Below are positions 7,932 through 19,377 of a stretch of 64,000 nucleotides of DNA, in pieces. Origin of the DNA: Spirochaetia bacterium (GTDB lineage Bacteria > Spirochaetota > Spirochaetia > CADAEX01); the NCBI GenBank assembly GCA_963662795.1, contig OY759746.1:1952001-2016000 (forward strand), given 5' to 3'. The notes under the pieces were generated by a model. It saw nothing but the letters and a program-made list of their open reading frames with translations, had not been told where the DNA came from and ran no database searches. Numbering within the stretch: position 1 is the stretch's first letter; each line of letters starts with the position of its first letter. The translations under genes and the position numbers were made by a program.

Positions 7932-9215
7932 ATGGCATGGTTTTATGAGCACAAAGAAATTATAACTCCAAATGAAATTAAACAGCTTATAAAAGAGAGT
8001 ATAAAAGAAGCGCAAAGTAGAATATCTGGTAATCCCAAAAAGGTATTATTATTACCGCCAGATATTACAAGGGCACATAGTGGTGCAGGGTGGATAACGG
8101 AAGAATTATTTTATCAATTATCTGAAAAATCAAATGTTTGGATTATGCCCACTTTAGGGCAGCATTCAGCACACACAGATGAGCAGAATAAATGGATGTT
8201 TGGAAGCATTCCAAAAAATAGAATATTAAAACATAACTGGAGAACTGATTGTATCAAGCTTGGAACAATACAAGCAGATTACGTTAGGCAAGTAACAGGG
8301 GATAGAGCTGATTGGGATATCCCTGTAACGGTAAATAAAATACTTTTTGAAGAAAAATGGGATATTATTATAAACATTGGGCATGTTGTGCCGCATGAAG
8401 TCTTAGGCTATGCTAATCATAATAAAAATTACTTTATAGGCCTAGGCGGAAAAGAAATTATTTGCGCTTCTCATATGGCCGCAGCCTGCTATGGTATTGA
8501 GAATAATTTAGGAAGGCTTGTTACACCGCTTCGTCATTGTTTTAACAAAGCAGAAAGTGAATATCTTAGTGAGCTACCAGACTTTTACATACAACTGGTA
8601 ATGGGATATAATAATCAGAGTAAACTAGTACACAAGGGATTCTATTGCGGGGATGATCTTGATACATATCTACTTGCTGCTGAACACTCAAAGAAAGAAA
8701 ACATTGCAATAGTTGAACCACTTAAAAAAGTAATCGCAGTAATGCAAGGTGATGAATTTTACAGTACATGGGTTGCTAATAAAGCAATTTATAGAACAAG
8801 AAAAGCAATGGCCGATGATGGTGAATTGATTATAATAGCTCCGGGATTAAAAAGATTCGGGGAACAGGAAGCGGTTGATAGAATAATCAGAAAATATGGC
8901 TATACTGGAACAGAAAATATTATGAAGCTCTGGAGAAAAGAACCAGAATTACAAGATCTTTCTCATGCCACAGCACACTTAATACATGGTTCTACGGAAG
9001 GAAGATTTAAAGTTACGTATGCACCTGGGTATTTGCAGAAAGAAGATATAGAGAATGTAAATTATAGATATTTAAAATATGAAGAAGCGGTAAAAGAATA
9101 TTGTCCTGAAAAATTATCAAATGGGTATAATACTCTTCCAAGTGGTGAAAAAGTATATTTTATTGAAACACCGTCAGCCGGTCTTTGGAGCACAAAAGAA
9201 AAAATGAATTATTAA
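7932..9215 (+). CDS. LarA-like (lactate racemase domain, DUF2088) protein
   Basis: PPDITR, LGQH, VVPHEVLG motifs. Confidence 0.75.
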   Translation: MAWFYEHKEIITPNEIKQLIKESIKEAQSRISGNPKKVLLLPPDITRAHSGAGWITEELFYQLSEKSNVWIMPTLGQHSAHTDEQNKWMFGSIPKNRILKHNWRTDCIKLGTIQADYVRQVTGDRADWDIPVTVNKILFEEKWDIIINIGHVVPHEVLGYANHNKNYFIGLGGKEIICASHMAAACYGIENNLGRLVTPLRHCFNKAESEYLSELPDFYIQLVMGYNNQSKLVHKGFYCGDDLDTYLLAAEHSKKENIAIVEPLKKVIAVMQGDEFYSTWVANKAIYRTRKAMADDGELIIIAPGLKRFGEQEAVDRIIRKYGYTGTENIMKLWRKEPELQDLSHATAHLIHGSTEGRFKVTYAPGYLQKEDIENVNYRYLKYEEAVKEYCPEKLSNGYNTLPSGEKVYFIETPSAGLWSTKEKMNY

Positions 9216-9273
9216 AATCGTGAATATGAATATCTTAATTAATTACATAATTTATTAAAAACAAAAGGATTGT

Positions 9274-10491
9274 ATGACAGCACAAGGTTTTATTGAATTG
9301 GAAGAAAAATACGGAGCACATAATTATCATCCGTTACCAGTAGTATTGAAAAAAGGTAAAGGTGTTTTTGTATGGGATGTTGAAGGTAAAAAATATTTTG
9401 ATTTTTTGTCAGCTTATTCAGCAATAAATCAGGGACATTGTCATCCTAAAATAATAAATGCGATGATAAGGCAAGCAATGACTTTAACTCTTACGTCACG
9501 GGCGTTTTATAATAATAAGCTTGGACTTTATGAAAAGTATGTTACTGAATATTTTGGATACGATAAAATACTTCCAATGAATACAGGAGCAGAAGCTTGT
9601 GAAACAGCATTAAAACTATGCCGTAAGTGGGCATACGTAAAAAAAGGTATTAAAGAAAATCAGGCAAAAATTATAGTATGCGAAAACAATTTTCATGGAC
9701 GTACTGTTACTGTAATTTCCATGTCAAATGACCCAGACTCTTATAATGGATTTGGGCCGTTTACCCCTGGATTTATAAAAATACCTTATAATGATTTAAA
9801 AGCTCTTGGAAAGGTACTTGAAGACCCTAATGTGGCTGGATTTCTTGTCGAACCGATACAGGGAGAGGCTGGGGTTTTTGCACCAGCTGACGGTTATTTA
9901 AGAAAAGCATATGAAATGTGCAAAGAAAAAAATGTATTATTTATTGCAGATGAAGTGCAAACAGGTATTGCCAGAACCGGAAAGCTACTTGCCTGTGATT
10001 ATGAAAATGTGCATCCTGATATTTTGATTCTTGGCAAAGCTCTTTCAGGAGGCGTCTTCCCGATATCTGCTGTGCTTTCAGATAATGAAATAATGCTGTG
10101 TATCAAACCTGGAGAGCATGGCTCCACATACGGAGGCAATCCTATTTCTGCTGAAATAGCCATTGCAGCTCTTAAAATTGTAAAAGAAGAACAGCTCGCA
10201 GAAAAAGCAGCAAAACTTGGTGAAATATTCAGGAAGGAATTAAGTGAAATAAATTCACCAATAATTGAGGAAATAAGAGGTAAGGGATTACTTAATGCAA
10301 TAGTTATAAAACCTTTAAAAGAAAAAAATGCTTGGGATGTTTGTTTAAAAATGGCAGAAAACGGATTATTGGCGAAACCAACTCATAAGAGAATAATCCG
10401 ATTAGCTCCTCCTTTGGTAATTACTGAAAGCCAAATACATGAAGCCATAAAAATAATAAAAAAATCGATATTGTTTTTTGATATTCAATAA
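9274..10491 (+). CDS. rocD: Ornithine--oxo-acid aminotransferase
   Basis: [55 protein letters not shown]. Confidence 0.93.
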   Translation: MTAQGFIELEEKYGAHNYHPLPVVLKKGKGVFVWDVEGKKYFDFLSAYSAINQGHCHPKIINAMIRQAMTLTLTSRAFYNNKLGLYEKYVTEYFGYDKILPMNTGAEACETALKLCRKWAYVKKGIKENQAKIIVCENNFHGRTVTVISMSNDPDSYNGFGPFTPGFIKIPYNDLKALGKVLEDPNVAGFLVEPIQGEAGVFAPADGYLRKAYEMCKEKNVLFIADEVQTGIARTGKLLACDYENVHPDILILGKALSGGVFPISAVLSDNEIMLCIKPGEHGSTYGGNPISAEIAIAALKIVKEEQLAEKAAKLGEIFRKELSEINSPIIEEIRGKGLLNAIVIKPLKEKNAWDVCLKMAENGLLAKPTHKRIIRLAPPLVITESQIHEAIKIIKKSILFFDIQ

Positions 10492-10554
10492 AAGATATTT
10501 ATCAAATACGAGAGTAAAGTATCAACTTTCTATTTAAATGTTACTTTTAAAGAA

Positions 10555-10802
10555 GTCCAGCCTTGGCTCCGCCGTGCGGCTTGGACAAGAAGGGGACGTA
10601 CTGCTGCTAACAGCGAATGACCGGTTCCGGCTGTTTCTAAGGAAACAGCCTCCACTCAAATTGCCGAAATAATACATGTTAAGAATAATGGAATAGAGTA
10701 TAAACTTTTGGAGTGAAAAACACCATCGGCAACTTCGGTCATTCGCTGTTAGCAGCAGTACGTCCCCAAGAGAAAACGCCCGGACCTCCGGCCGACGGGC
10801 GA
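10555..10802. repeat. Junction R8 (E; gamma; E), perfected palindrome
   Basis: 10592-10623 is the exact reverse complement of 10736-10767. Confidence 0.9.
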
Positions 10803-10847
10803 GGAATATTTGAAGTATAATAATATTTTAAAAAGGAGATTATTTAT

Positions 10848-12530
10848 ATGGAAAGATTTCAGAATTTAATTAGAGAGGAAGTTTCAAGAGATTATTCCCA
10901 AGGGAGAAATGAAAGTGCTTCTTTTTTAATGTGGTTTTTAGAAAAAATATTTGGGCTTGATAAAATTGAAGCAATTGATTGTGTTTGTGATAATTATAAT
11001 GATAAAGGAATTGATGGCATATATCTTGATGAGCAAGAAGAAGAAATACATATATTCCAATCTAAATATAAAATGACAAATAACACTATTTTTGGTGATA
11101 CTGTTTTAAGAGACTTTGGAGGTGTTAGAGTTTGGTTTAACAATAGTGAATCAATTGAAAATTTATTAAATGCCAATATTAATGATGAATTGAGAAATCT
11201 AATAAATCGAAATAAACTTTTAGAATACATTGAAACATATGAAACTCATTATCATTTCGTATGTAATGCAAATAAAGATAGAAATGCAATTGAATATGAA
11301 GATAACTCTGAAAATCTAATTGTTTGGGATCTTGAAGTGATGTTTAAGTATTACCAATATATAAGTGATGAACCTCTTGTTCAAGACATTATTATGTTTA
11401 ATAATATCGACAATTCTGAAGTTATTGAAATTGAAAATATATCAAATACTGCAGGTATGCTTATTTTCCCTTTAAATGCTAATGAATTATTGAGATTAAA
11501 AGGAATAAATGATTATTCGTTATTTAATAAAAACGTTCGTTATGGTTTAGGAAATACTCGTGTAAACAAATCAATTCGTGATACTTTGAAAAATAATCAA
11601 GAAAAAGATAAGTTTATACTGTTTCATAATGGGATATCTTTAGTGTGTGAAAATTATATACATGATAAGGAAAATGAATGTATTAAGCTTATTAATTATT
11701 CTGTTGTTAATGGTGCACAATCCACACTAGCTTTTTATAAAAATTCTAGATTTATTGATCAAAATACAAATATTCTTCTTAAAGTTATGAATATTGGTGG
11801 AAATCCACAACTGATGAATAAAATTACATATTATAACAATAATCAGAATTCAATAAATATGAGAGATTTACGATCAAATGACAATGTACAAAAGAGAATA
11901 GAACGAGAATTTAAAGATTTGCGTAATTTATACGATCTTAAATATGATTATGTCCCTAAAAAAGGTAAAATAGTAGCTACTGATCATATAGCAATTGAGA
12001 GTGATTATGCAGCACAATTAATAACAGCTTGCTATTTAAAGAATCCTCAAAATACTCATTTGAAAATCGCAATGTTTACTAGTTCTTATAGTGATATCTT
12101 TAATAGAAATATTAATGCCAAAAAAATATTACTTTATTTTCTATCTCATGAAGTTTTAAAAAGCAATCTAGAACAATTTGCTGATGAAATGATATCAAGT
12201 TATGGATTATTCCAATATTTTGTTTTATCAATAGTATTTGAAATAATAGAAGATCATGAAGCTTCAAAAAGAATTATAGATAACTTGGATCATTATATAA
12301 GATCACCAGAAACAATAAAAAAATTCTTTAATGATATATATGATGTATTATACGGGATAATTGATCATCATATTTCAGAAAAAAAAGTATCAGCAACGTT
12401 TGACTATAAAAACTTTTTTAAATCTAAAACAGAAGTCACGGAAATGAGCAGGAGTATAAAAACAATGTTTAATACATCATTGAAAATAAATCGTAAACCT
12501 TTCGAAACATTGTGTACAAGTCTAGATTAA
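10848..12530 (+). CDS. AIPR family protein
   Basis: DKGIDG, NVRYGLG, FHNGI, VVNGAQS, NNQNSI..DLRSND. Confidence 0.85.
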   Translation: MERFQNLIREEVSRDYSQGRNESASFLMWFLEKIFGLDKIEAIDCVCDNYNDKGIDGIYLDEQEEEIHIFQSKYKMTNNTIFGDTVLRDFGGVRVWFNNSESIENLLNANINDELRNLINRNKLLEYIETYETHYHFVCNANKDRNAIEYEDNSENLIVWDLEVMFKYYQYISDEPLVQDIIMFNNIDNSEVIEIENISNTAGMLIFPLNANELLRLKGINDYSLFNKNVRYGLGNTRVNKSIRDTLKNNQEKDKFILFHNGISLVCENYIHDKENECIKLINYSVVNGAQSTLAFYKNSRFIDQNTNILLKVMNIGGNPQLMNKITYYNNNQNSINMRDLRSNDNVQKRIEREFKDLRNLYDLKYDYVPKKGKIVATDHIAIESDYAAQLITACYLKNPQNTHLKIAMFTSSYSDIFNRNINAKKILLYFLSHEVLKSNLEQFADEMISSYGLFQYFVLSIVFEIIEDHEASKRIIDNLDHYIRSPETIKKFFNDIYDVLYGIIDHHISEKKVSATFDYKNFFKSKTEVTEMSRSIKTMFNTSLKINRKPFETLCTSLD

Positions 12531-12576
12531 TTGGTAGAAATATAAAGTTGATATTTTTATTAAGATGAGATAAGAA

Positions 12577-12845
12577 GTCCGGCCTTGGCTCCGCCGTGCG
12601 GCCTGGACAAGAAGGGGACGTACTGCTACTAACAGAGGATAATTCGCTGCGCTCGGAGTACCTCGCTTGGCCTTCGGCATATTTTACTTTCACTTAATCC
12701 AGACAATTTGTGTTTTATCCTTTTTAATGGAAAAAAACAGGAAACGGTTTATAAAGTTTGAGCCGTAAAACATCGCTTATCCTCGGGACGTTATCCACAA
12801 TATCATCGCAAGAGAACACCGCCCGGACCTCCGGCCAACGGGCGA
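12577..12845. repeat. Junction R9 (E; alpha; B)
   Basis: TAAC 12630, GTT 12790. Confidence 0.9.
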
Positions 12846-12913
12846 AGAAAATAGAATCTACTGTTTAAAATACTTTGAACATAATAAAATGTATAGTTAT
12901 TTAATATTTTATC
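12846..12913 (+). other. attI-like leader, degenerate
   Basis: Aligns with 2156 leader; GTT replaced by TTT. Confidence 0.5.
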
Positions 12914-13234
12914 TTAATCGCTGTTGCGGTAGAAAAAATTATCTGGATAATTAAACAAATACACGAAATAATTTCGGAAATATTTAGCTTAAAGAGTTAT
13001 ACGATTATAACGCAAGGTATTAATTGTATTGAAACAAAAGATATAGAAGAAATTACAGCTAATAATTACTTATCATTCCCTAGTATATCAGCTCCCTTTA
13101 CAGAATTATTTGATATAGAGGAAGCAGTAAAGAAAAACATCAAAAATCATATACATAAACCATGTGATTTATACATTTCCGAATCAGTTTTACTTACATT
13201 AAAATACATTAATTTAAAAAAGAGATTCCTTTGA
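12905..13234 (+). pseudogene. Start-less open frame, possible gene remnant
   Basis: ~109 sense codons without ATG/GTG/TTG in very AT-rich DNA. Confidence 0.35.
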
Positions 13235-13364
13235 AAATATTTATTATCAACCTAAAAGTTTTGTTCAGTCATGGAATAAATATTCACCAGTAATTATTGA
13301 AACAATTATTAATAAAATGTATCTACAGTAAGGATTTTTATCTAAATAAAAGAGAATATAAATT

Positions 13365-15227
13365 TTGAAAAATATGGATCTTCTTCAGACGAATATAACA
13401 AATGATTTATCTCGGTTAAAAAAAATAATTGATAAATATTCAACATATTCAATTGTTGGATGGTGTTTTTCCTATAATCTTTTTATAGGAAAAACAGATC
13501 GAGAAGAAGTATTACATTCTCCTGCAAAACAATTATCTTTTCTTATTGGAGTTATGCTTTCAATAAAAGAGCCTGATGATCCAAAAGAACTTGATAATAG
13601 TAAATGGGAAGAAATATTAGCGATACTTAACAAATTATTCAACCATTACTGGCTTTTATATATGCCTGAGAAAGAGAATAGTATTAATGCAGAAAAACCA
13701 ACAGAAGAATGGTTTCAAACAAGAGAAATATCATTGCAGGCATTTTTTAATTATTTTGATTCTGGATTATTAGCTTCTATTGAACAAGTTAAAGACAGAA
13801 TTATGAGATACTTACTCCCATTTGATGAAATTATAGAGCAGAAAATTGGTATTTCTTTAACTAAATCTCTAGAAATATGTGATCATATTGTAAAAAAAAT
13901 GCAAAATGTTTTAGATGAGATTTCTGTTCTTAAAATCGAAGAACAAAAAATACGTGAAGAACTTATACGAAAGCATATAGGGAAAGAATGGGCGATTGAA
14001 GAAATGAGGCGAGAGTCTTTTTCTGGGCCATATATAAGTATTGCAAGTAAACTATTTGAAAACTTAAACAAAATGGGTAGTGTTGATGCTGAAGATATTA
14101 AAAAGAAATATGGTGATTTAGGTAAAAAATACTGTGAACTGTTTATCATAGAAAGAGGACAAGGTCCAGAAATAAGATACCCAACTGATAGAAGTATTTT
14201 TGAAATTAAACCAATAATCAGTGATAAAAAAGGAAAACTATTATGCCCTGCTTCAAATTCATTGTATCTTGCATTAAACACATTAGGTGAAAAGATTATA
14301 TTAGAAAGTGAAGAAAAATCTAAATATTTACAATTGAGAGATAAATCCCTTGAAAATGAAGCACTATCAATTTTACAGGAATTAGTTAATAAAAAAGCAA
14401 CAATTCTAACATCTGTTTATGAAACACCAGATAGCCATTTTGAACATGATATTATTATTGATGATGAATTATTGACATTAATTATTGAAGCAAAAGCATC
14501 CCCTCCAATAGAACCATTTCGAGATCCTGATAAAGCTTTTATTAGAATTCGTGATGCTTTTAAATCTGATACAGGTATTCAAAAAGCTTTCGATCAAACC
14601 AAAACAATATTAAAAAAATTAGAAAAAGAAGGACAAATCAATTTATATAATAAAAAAGGAGATAAAATATACACATTAGATTATGATTCAAAAAAGTTGC
14701 AAATTGGAATATGTGTTACAAGAGATAATTTTGGGTCTTTAGCAACAGATTTATCATTATTATTAGAAAAGGAAAAAGATGATAAATATCCATGGGCTTT
14801 GAATATACTTGATTTAAAAAACTTCAAAGATGCTTGGTTATATTTAAAAAAAGGAGAAAGAGAGTTTTGTCAATTTCTAACAGAAAGAATAAAACTTCAT
14901 GGTAAAGTTTACTCTGCCGATGAACTTGAATATGCAGGTTATTTTTTTCTGCATGGTGACTTTTCATCTTTTAATACATCTGAATTTGATCGAATTCAAT
15001 TAGATCCACATTATTCTGATATCTTTAATGATATTTATTATGCACAATATCATGGTGGTCCGGCTGCTAATATTAAAGTCAAAAAGACACCAGTTTTAAC
15101 AGATTTAAGAAAATCAATAATTGAAGGAAAGCCTGTTTTTATAGATGCTAAAAAGATAAAAGTAGGAAGAAATGATAAGTGTCCTTGTGGATCGGGGAAA
15201 AAGTATAAGTTTTGTTGCGGGAGATAG
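13365..15227 (+). CDS. SEC-C motif protein with probable PD-(D/E)XK/NERD-like domain
   Basis: EHDIII..IIEAKA; C-terminal GRNDKCPCGSGKKYKFCC. Confidence 0.75.
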   Translation: MKNMDLLQTNITNDLSRLKKIIDKYSTYSIVGWCFSYNLFIGKTDREEVLHSPAKQLSFLIGVMLSIKEPDDPKELDNSKWEEILAILNKLFNHYWLLYMPEKENSINAEKPTEEWFQTREISLQAFFNYFDSGLLASIEQVKDRIMRYLLPFDEIIEQKIGISLTKSLEICDHIVKKMQNVLDEISVLKIEEQKIREELIRKHIGKEWAIEEMRRESFSGPYISIASKLFENLNKMGSVDAEDIKKKYGDLGKKYCELFIIERGQGPEIRYPTDRSIFEIKPIISDKKGKLLCPASNSLYLALNTLGEKIILESEEKSKYLQLRDKSLENEALSILQELVNKKATILTSVYETPDSHFEHDIIIDDELLTLIIEAKASPPIEPFRDPDKAFIRIRDAFKSDTGIQKAFDQTKTILKKLEKEGQINLYNKKGDKIYTLDYDSKKLQIGICVTRDNFGSLATDLSLLLEKEKDDKYPWALNILDLKNFKDAWLYLKKGEREFCQFLTERIKLHGKVYSADELEYAGYFFLHGDFSSFNTSEFDRIQLDPHYSDIFNDIYYAQYHGGPAANIKVKKTPVLTDLRKSIIEGKPVFIDAKKIKVGRNDKCPCGSGKKYKFCCGR

Positions 15228-15240
15228 AACAATAAAAACC

Positions 15241-15348
15241 ATCTAACAATCAGTTGGAGAAGATTTGACTTTTATCACGGTTCTTGCTGATGCAAGAACA
15301 CGCGCCAACTCTATCGGGGTAGTCAAGCAGCTCAACTGAACGTTATAA
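15241..15348. repeat. Classical attC (inner)
   Basis: ATCTAAC-AATCA-GTTGGAG...CTCAAC-TGAAC-GTTATAA. Confidence 0.8.
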
Positions 15349-15371
15349 AAATAAAAATGGAAAAGGGGAAA

Positions 15372-15667
15372 GTCCGGCCTTGGCGTTGCCGTGCGGCCCT
15401 GGACAAGAAGCGATGATACTGGTGGATAACAGCGGTTCAAGCGCTTCGCTCGGAGCACCTCGCTTGGCCTTCGGCAAACATCGTAGGATTTTATCTACAT
15501 AATTATAGCGTAACAAGTTTTAACAGGCGATAAATAAAAACTTTGTGTTTTTCATTCTTGGTCTACGATGCTTCGCTTAACCGCGGGGCGTTATGCGAAA
15601 GGCTGGCCGAAGAGGAATAGGCTGGGGGCGGGGGAGAGGAAGACGCCGCCGCACATCGTGTGCGCCG
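15372..15667. repeat. Junction R10 (B; alpha'; D)
   Basis: TAAC 15427, GTT 15590. Confidence 0.88.
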
Positions 15668-16072
15668 AAGAAAAATTAATAAACTGAGAGTTTTATAATC
15701 TGTAAGAGTGTTTGTATAAATTACCATTATAAAAGCAGAAAAAATGAAAATATAATATTATTTTAGTAGTTCCTTTCGTGTGATTTGATTATGGATTGGG
15801 TAAAAAACAAAAAAAATAAATCGCATAAAATGTAATATTTTCTTGTAAATGAAAATTATTTGGGATAAAGGTGAAAATAAAACTCTTAAGCTTGAAAGAT
15901 ATATTTCTTTCAAGATATTTGCGGATTTGATTCTGGGGCTAGTTATAAAGTTAATTTGCAAAATATTAACCTTGGAATATAGCTGATTATGATAATTTTC
16001 ATCGTCTCACACATCCATGTGTTCGACGAAGACCGCCCCAGCCAAGAAGAGCCGGCCAGCCCATCGCATAAC
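15590..16072. other. ORF-less outer unit (arm D), copy 2
   Basis: Near-identical to 1477-1960. Confidence 0.8.
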
Positions 16073-16306
16073 AGCGATTATTTCGCTGCGCTCCCTGTGG
16101 TCGCTTGGGCTCCTGCCAGTTGAGCTGGCAGATCGCCATATTTTGTTTTCATAAAACCGGAACAACATGTGTTTTATGCTCTTCAAGTTTGTAAAAACCA
16201 AATAAAAGTATTTTAGAGTTTAGTCACAAAACATCGAATAATCGCGAGACGTTATGCACAATATCATCGCAAGAAGAAATCGCCCGGACCTCCGGCCGAC
16301 GGGCGA
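16003..16306. repeat. Junction R11 (D; beta; K)
   Basis: TAAC 16069, GTT 16251. Confidence 0.88.
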
Positions 16307-16425
16307 AAAAATAAAAACAATAAATAAGATAATCGTTAACATAAAAAATAATCTTCAAGGATAAATATTTATATGCGTAATTCAAAATGCAGGTTATACT
16401 TATTTATTCAAAAAAAGGAGTAATT

Positions 16426-16980
16426 ATGAAAAGATTTATCTCATTTATATTTGTTTTTATCCTACTGTCTTCATGTGCAGTATTACCTGTTAAAGATGAT
16501 AAAAAGTTATTGGTTATTGGTAAATTTGAACTTAAATTCCCTGATGGATATTATAATATAAAAAGACCAAAAACTATTAAATCCGGAATTATTTTGAAAG
16601 TTAAAAATATCAATACAGGAGAAGAATTTAGTATTGTCTCAGATAAGGAAGGGTATTATAAAATATTGGCTAATGCTGGGGAAGAATATCTTTTTATTAA
16701 ATATGTACATGAGAATAGGATAAATAGAACTATTTATCATAGTGGGCAACTACTAAATGTTAGATTTAAAGTTATTGATGGAAAAATAAATTATTTAGGT
16801 GACGTAAGTATAATTTATTCAAAAGGAAGTTTAGCAGAAGATTTTGATGAAAGAAAATCATATCAATATAAATTAGATTTCCTGCTTAATGACGAAACTC
16901 AAAAATTGGTAGAATACTTAAAAGATAAAAAAAATGGAAAGATATGGCTACAAGATGGAATTGTAACGTTAGTAAAATGA
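16426..16980 (+). CDS. Putative lipoprotein
   Basis: AGGAG RBS, MKRF..LLSSC lipobox. Confidence 0.7.
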   Translation: MKRFISFIFVFILLSSCAVLPVKDDKKLLVIGKFELKFPDGYYNIKRPKTIKSGIILKVKNINTGEEFSIVSDKEGYYKILANAGEEYLFIKYVHENRINRTIYHSGQLLNVRFKVIDGKINYLGDVSIIYSKGSLAEDFDERKSYQYKLDFLLNDETQKLVEYLKDKKNGKIWLQDGIVTLVK

Positions 16981-17027
16981 ATATTAAAAATATAAACCTT
17001 ATCCTTAAATATATGGAGAAATAATTA

Positions 17028-17714
17028 GTGAAAAAAAGTATTTTAATTATATTTCTGTTATTTTTTACAGTTAACAGTTATTCTATTGATTTTACACTTG
17101 GGGCATTAGGTGGCGCTAATATAGGCTGGTTTTCTGGTGATGACTGGGATGATTATGTTAACTATTTGGGTGCTGATAATAGTACAAAAATTGGATTTGA
17201 TATCGGACTTTTTTTTGAAGCTAAGGTGAATAATAATTTTTCAATACAGCCTGAAATTCTTTATACAGTGATTGGAGGGGGACTTGCTTCAGAAGATCAA
17301 TATATAGTTGATTATGATATTTTTATTGATGAAGAATTGATTTATAAAGTGAAAATAATTACTCTTCCCTTATTTTTAAAGTATAGAATAGAAGCCGGCG
17401 ATTATTTCGAAGCTGGTTCTGGACATATAACATTCTTAGGAGGTCCAGTATACTTTATACTAACAGATGACATAAATGTAAAATATAAACTTACCTCCTC
17501 AGGTTATTATCCTGCAATAGCTAAAACCGATATAGAAGCAGATAATAAAAGTATTTTCGGTATGGCATTTGGAGTAGGATATGATATCCCGCTAAAGAAT
17601 GGAAAAATCTTTATTGATCTTCGATATTATCGCTTTATAACAGGCTTATTTGATGATGAAGATTTAAGAAGTAACTTTATTGGTATTAATCTTGGCTATG
17701 GAATCAATCTTTGA
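17028..17714 (+). CDS. Outer-membrane beta-barrel (porin family) protein
   Basis: Signal peptide, FSIQPEILY, C-terminal INLGYGINL. Confidence 0.75.
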   Translation: MKKSILIIFLLFFTVNSYSIDFTLGALGGANIGWFSGDDWDDYVNYLGADNSTKIGFDIGLFFEAKVNNNFSIQPEILYTVIGGGLASEDQYIVDYDIFIDEELIYKVKIITLPLFLKYRIEAGDYFEAGSGHITFLGGPVYFILTDDINVKYKLTSSGYYPAIAKTDIEADNKSIFGMAFGVGYDIPLKNGKIFIDLRYYRFITGLFDDEDLRSNFIGINLGYGINL

Positions 17715-17748
17715 TATAACAAATTATTGATTAGTGTGTTGGTAAGAA

Positions 17749-18022
17749 GTCCAGCCTTGGCTTCCAGCCGTGCGGCTTGGACAAGAAGCGATGATACTGG
17801 TGCATAACAGAGGATAAAGCGCTTCGCTCGGAGTACCTCGCTTGGGCTTCGCCACACATCGTAGGTTTTAACTACTCCGATAAGAAGTAGCAAGTTTTTA
17901 AAATAAATAAATTACAACATTGTGTTGTCTATTCGTGGACTACGATGCGTCGCTTATCCTCAGGACGTTATACGTAATGGCCAGGCAAGAGAAAATCGCC
18001 CGGACCTCCGGCCGACGGGCGA
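17749..18022. repeat. Junction R12 (K; alpha; F)
   Basis: TAAC 17805, GTT 17967. Confidence 0.9.
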
Positions 18023-18068
18023 GGATAAGTTGTATAAAAGCTTAAAAAAAGTATAAGATATTATTAAA

Positions 18069-19067
18069 ATGAAAAAAATATATTTAGATGAAAAATATAT
18101 AAGATTTAATCAAAAACGTTCAAAAAAAGCAATTAAGGAAAGACAAAATAGAAAATATAGTCATGGGCGTTTTAGTAATAAAATAAAAATTAGTGATAAA
18201 CGAATATTCAATGGATTATATTTAAACGCACCAGAAATATTTAGTTTATTAAATAATTTTAATGAAACAATGGATTTCTTGAAAAAATTAGATGACAATT
18301 CATGGCATGGGAGATCAATAAAAATAGATTTAAAAAGTGTAAAATATTTAACTCCTGATACAATTTTGTGTATAATAGCATTCTTGTATAATTCAGAGAC
18401 TCATAATAAAAATGTAAATATTAAAGGTAATGCGCCTCTGGATCCTTATTGCAGACAAGTATTTTTAGACTCTGGATTTTATAAATATGTAAACAGCAGT
18501 TATAATCATAACGATAGTGAAGAAATATTATCAATACGTTCAGATGAACTTGTTGACCCTGAAGAAGCAGGGTCTGTTGTAAAATTTGTGAGAGATAAAT
18601 TAAATATTAAGAGAAATCAAATGACAAAAGCTGTATATACTACAATTATGGAAGCTATGAATAATGTTCGTGAACATGCATATACCGGAAGAAAAAATAA
18701 AAGATGGTGGTTAATGGCTTTACCAGAAAAGAGTTGTGATATAATACATTTTGCATTATTAGATAATGGGCGAGGGATTCCTACTACAATTAAGAAAAAA
18801 ATTCCTGAATATTTTTTTTCAAGTGATTCGGAATTAATACGATCAACAGTTTTAGAAAAAAATAGGAGTGAAACTAGATTGATATATCGAGGACTTGGAT
18901 TGCCGAGTATGAAAAGTTTAGTTGATAAAAAAATGATAAAAAATCTTAATATTATATCAAAAAATGGCTTGTATTGTGTTGATTCTGATAATGCGGTAAA
19001 TTTAAATTACGATTTTAATGGTACATTAATATGTTGGGATTTTGTAAAGGAGGAAATTAATGGCTAA
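18069..19067 (+). CDS. STAS-like + GHKL/HATPase domain protein
   Basis: EAMNNVREHA, DNGRGIP, RGLGL, FNGT. Confidence 0.75.
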   Translation: MKKIYLDEKYIRFNQKRSKKAIKERQNRKYSHGRFSNKIKISDKRIFNGLYLNAPEIFSLLNNFNETMDFLKKLDDNSWHGRSIKIDLKSVKYLTPDTILCIIAFLYNSETHNKNVNIKGNAPLDPYCRQVFLDSGFYKYVNSSYNHNDSEEILSIRSDELVDPEEAGSVVKFVRDKLNIKRNQMTKAVYTTIMEAMNNVREHAYTGRKNKRWWLMALPEKSCDIIHFALLDNGRGIPTTIKKKIPEYFFSSDSELIRSTVLEKNRSETRLIYRGLGLPSMKSLVDKKMIKNLNIISKNGLYCVDSDNAVNLNYDFNGTLICWDFVKEEING

Positions 19068-19377
19068 GGATATAAGCATTTCTAGAGATTATACAACCAC
19101 ACCTGGAGCACGTTATCGAAAAGATGGTAAATATTCGGGAGAAGATTTTAGAGAGGAATATCTCGAACCACTTTTTAATGAAGAATCAGATGAAGAAATT
19201 ATAATAAATTTAGATGGCGTTGAAGGGTATTCAACAGCATTTCTTGAAGAGGTATTTGGAGGGTTGGTAAGATTATTTGGAAAAAAAGTAGTACTTAAAA
19301 GAATAAAAATTATTTCTTATGAAGAACCATTATTGATTAAAGAAATTGAAAATTATATAGATAAGGCAATTAAATGA
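19060..19377 (+). CDS. STAS-like (DUF4325) protein
   Basis: PGARYRKDG.YSGEDFRE; INLDG..YSTAFLEEVFGGL. Confidence 0.75.
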   Translation: MAKDISISRDYTTTPGARYRKDGKYSGEDFREEYLEPLFNEESDEEIIINLDGVEGYSTAFLEEVFGGLVRLFGKKVVLKRIKIISYEEPLLIKEIENYIDKAIK

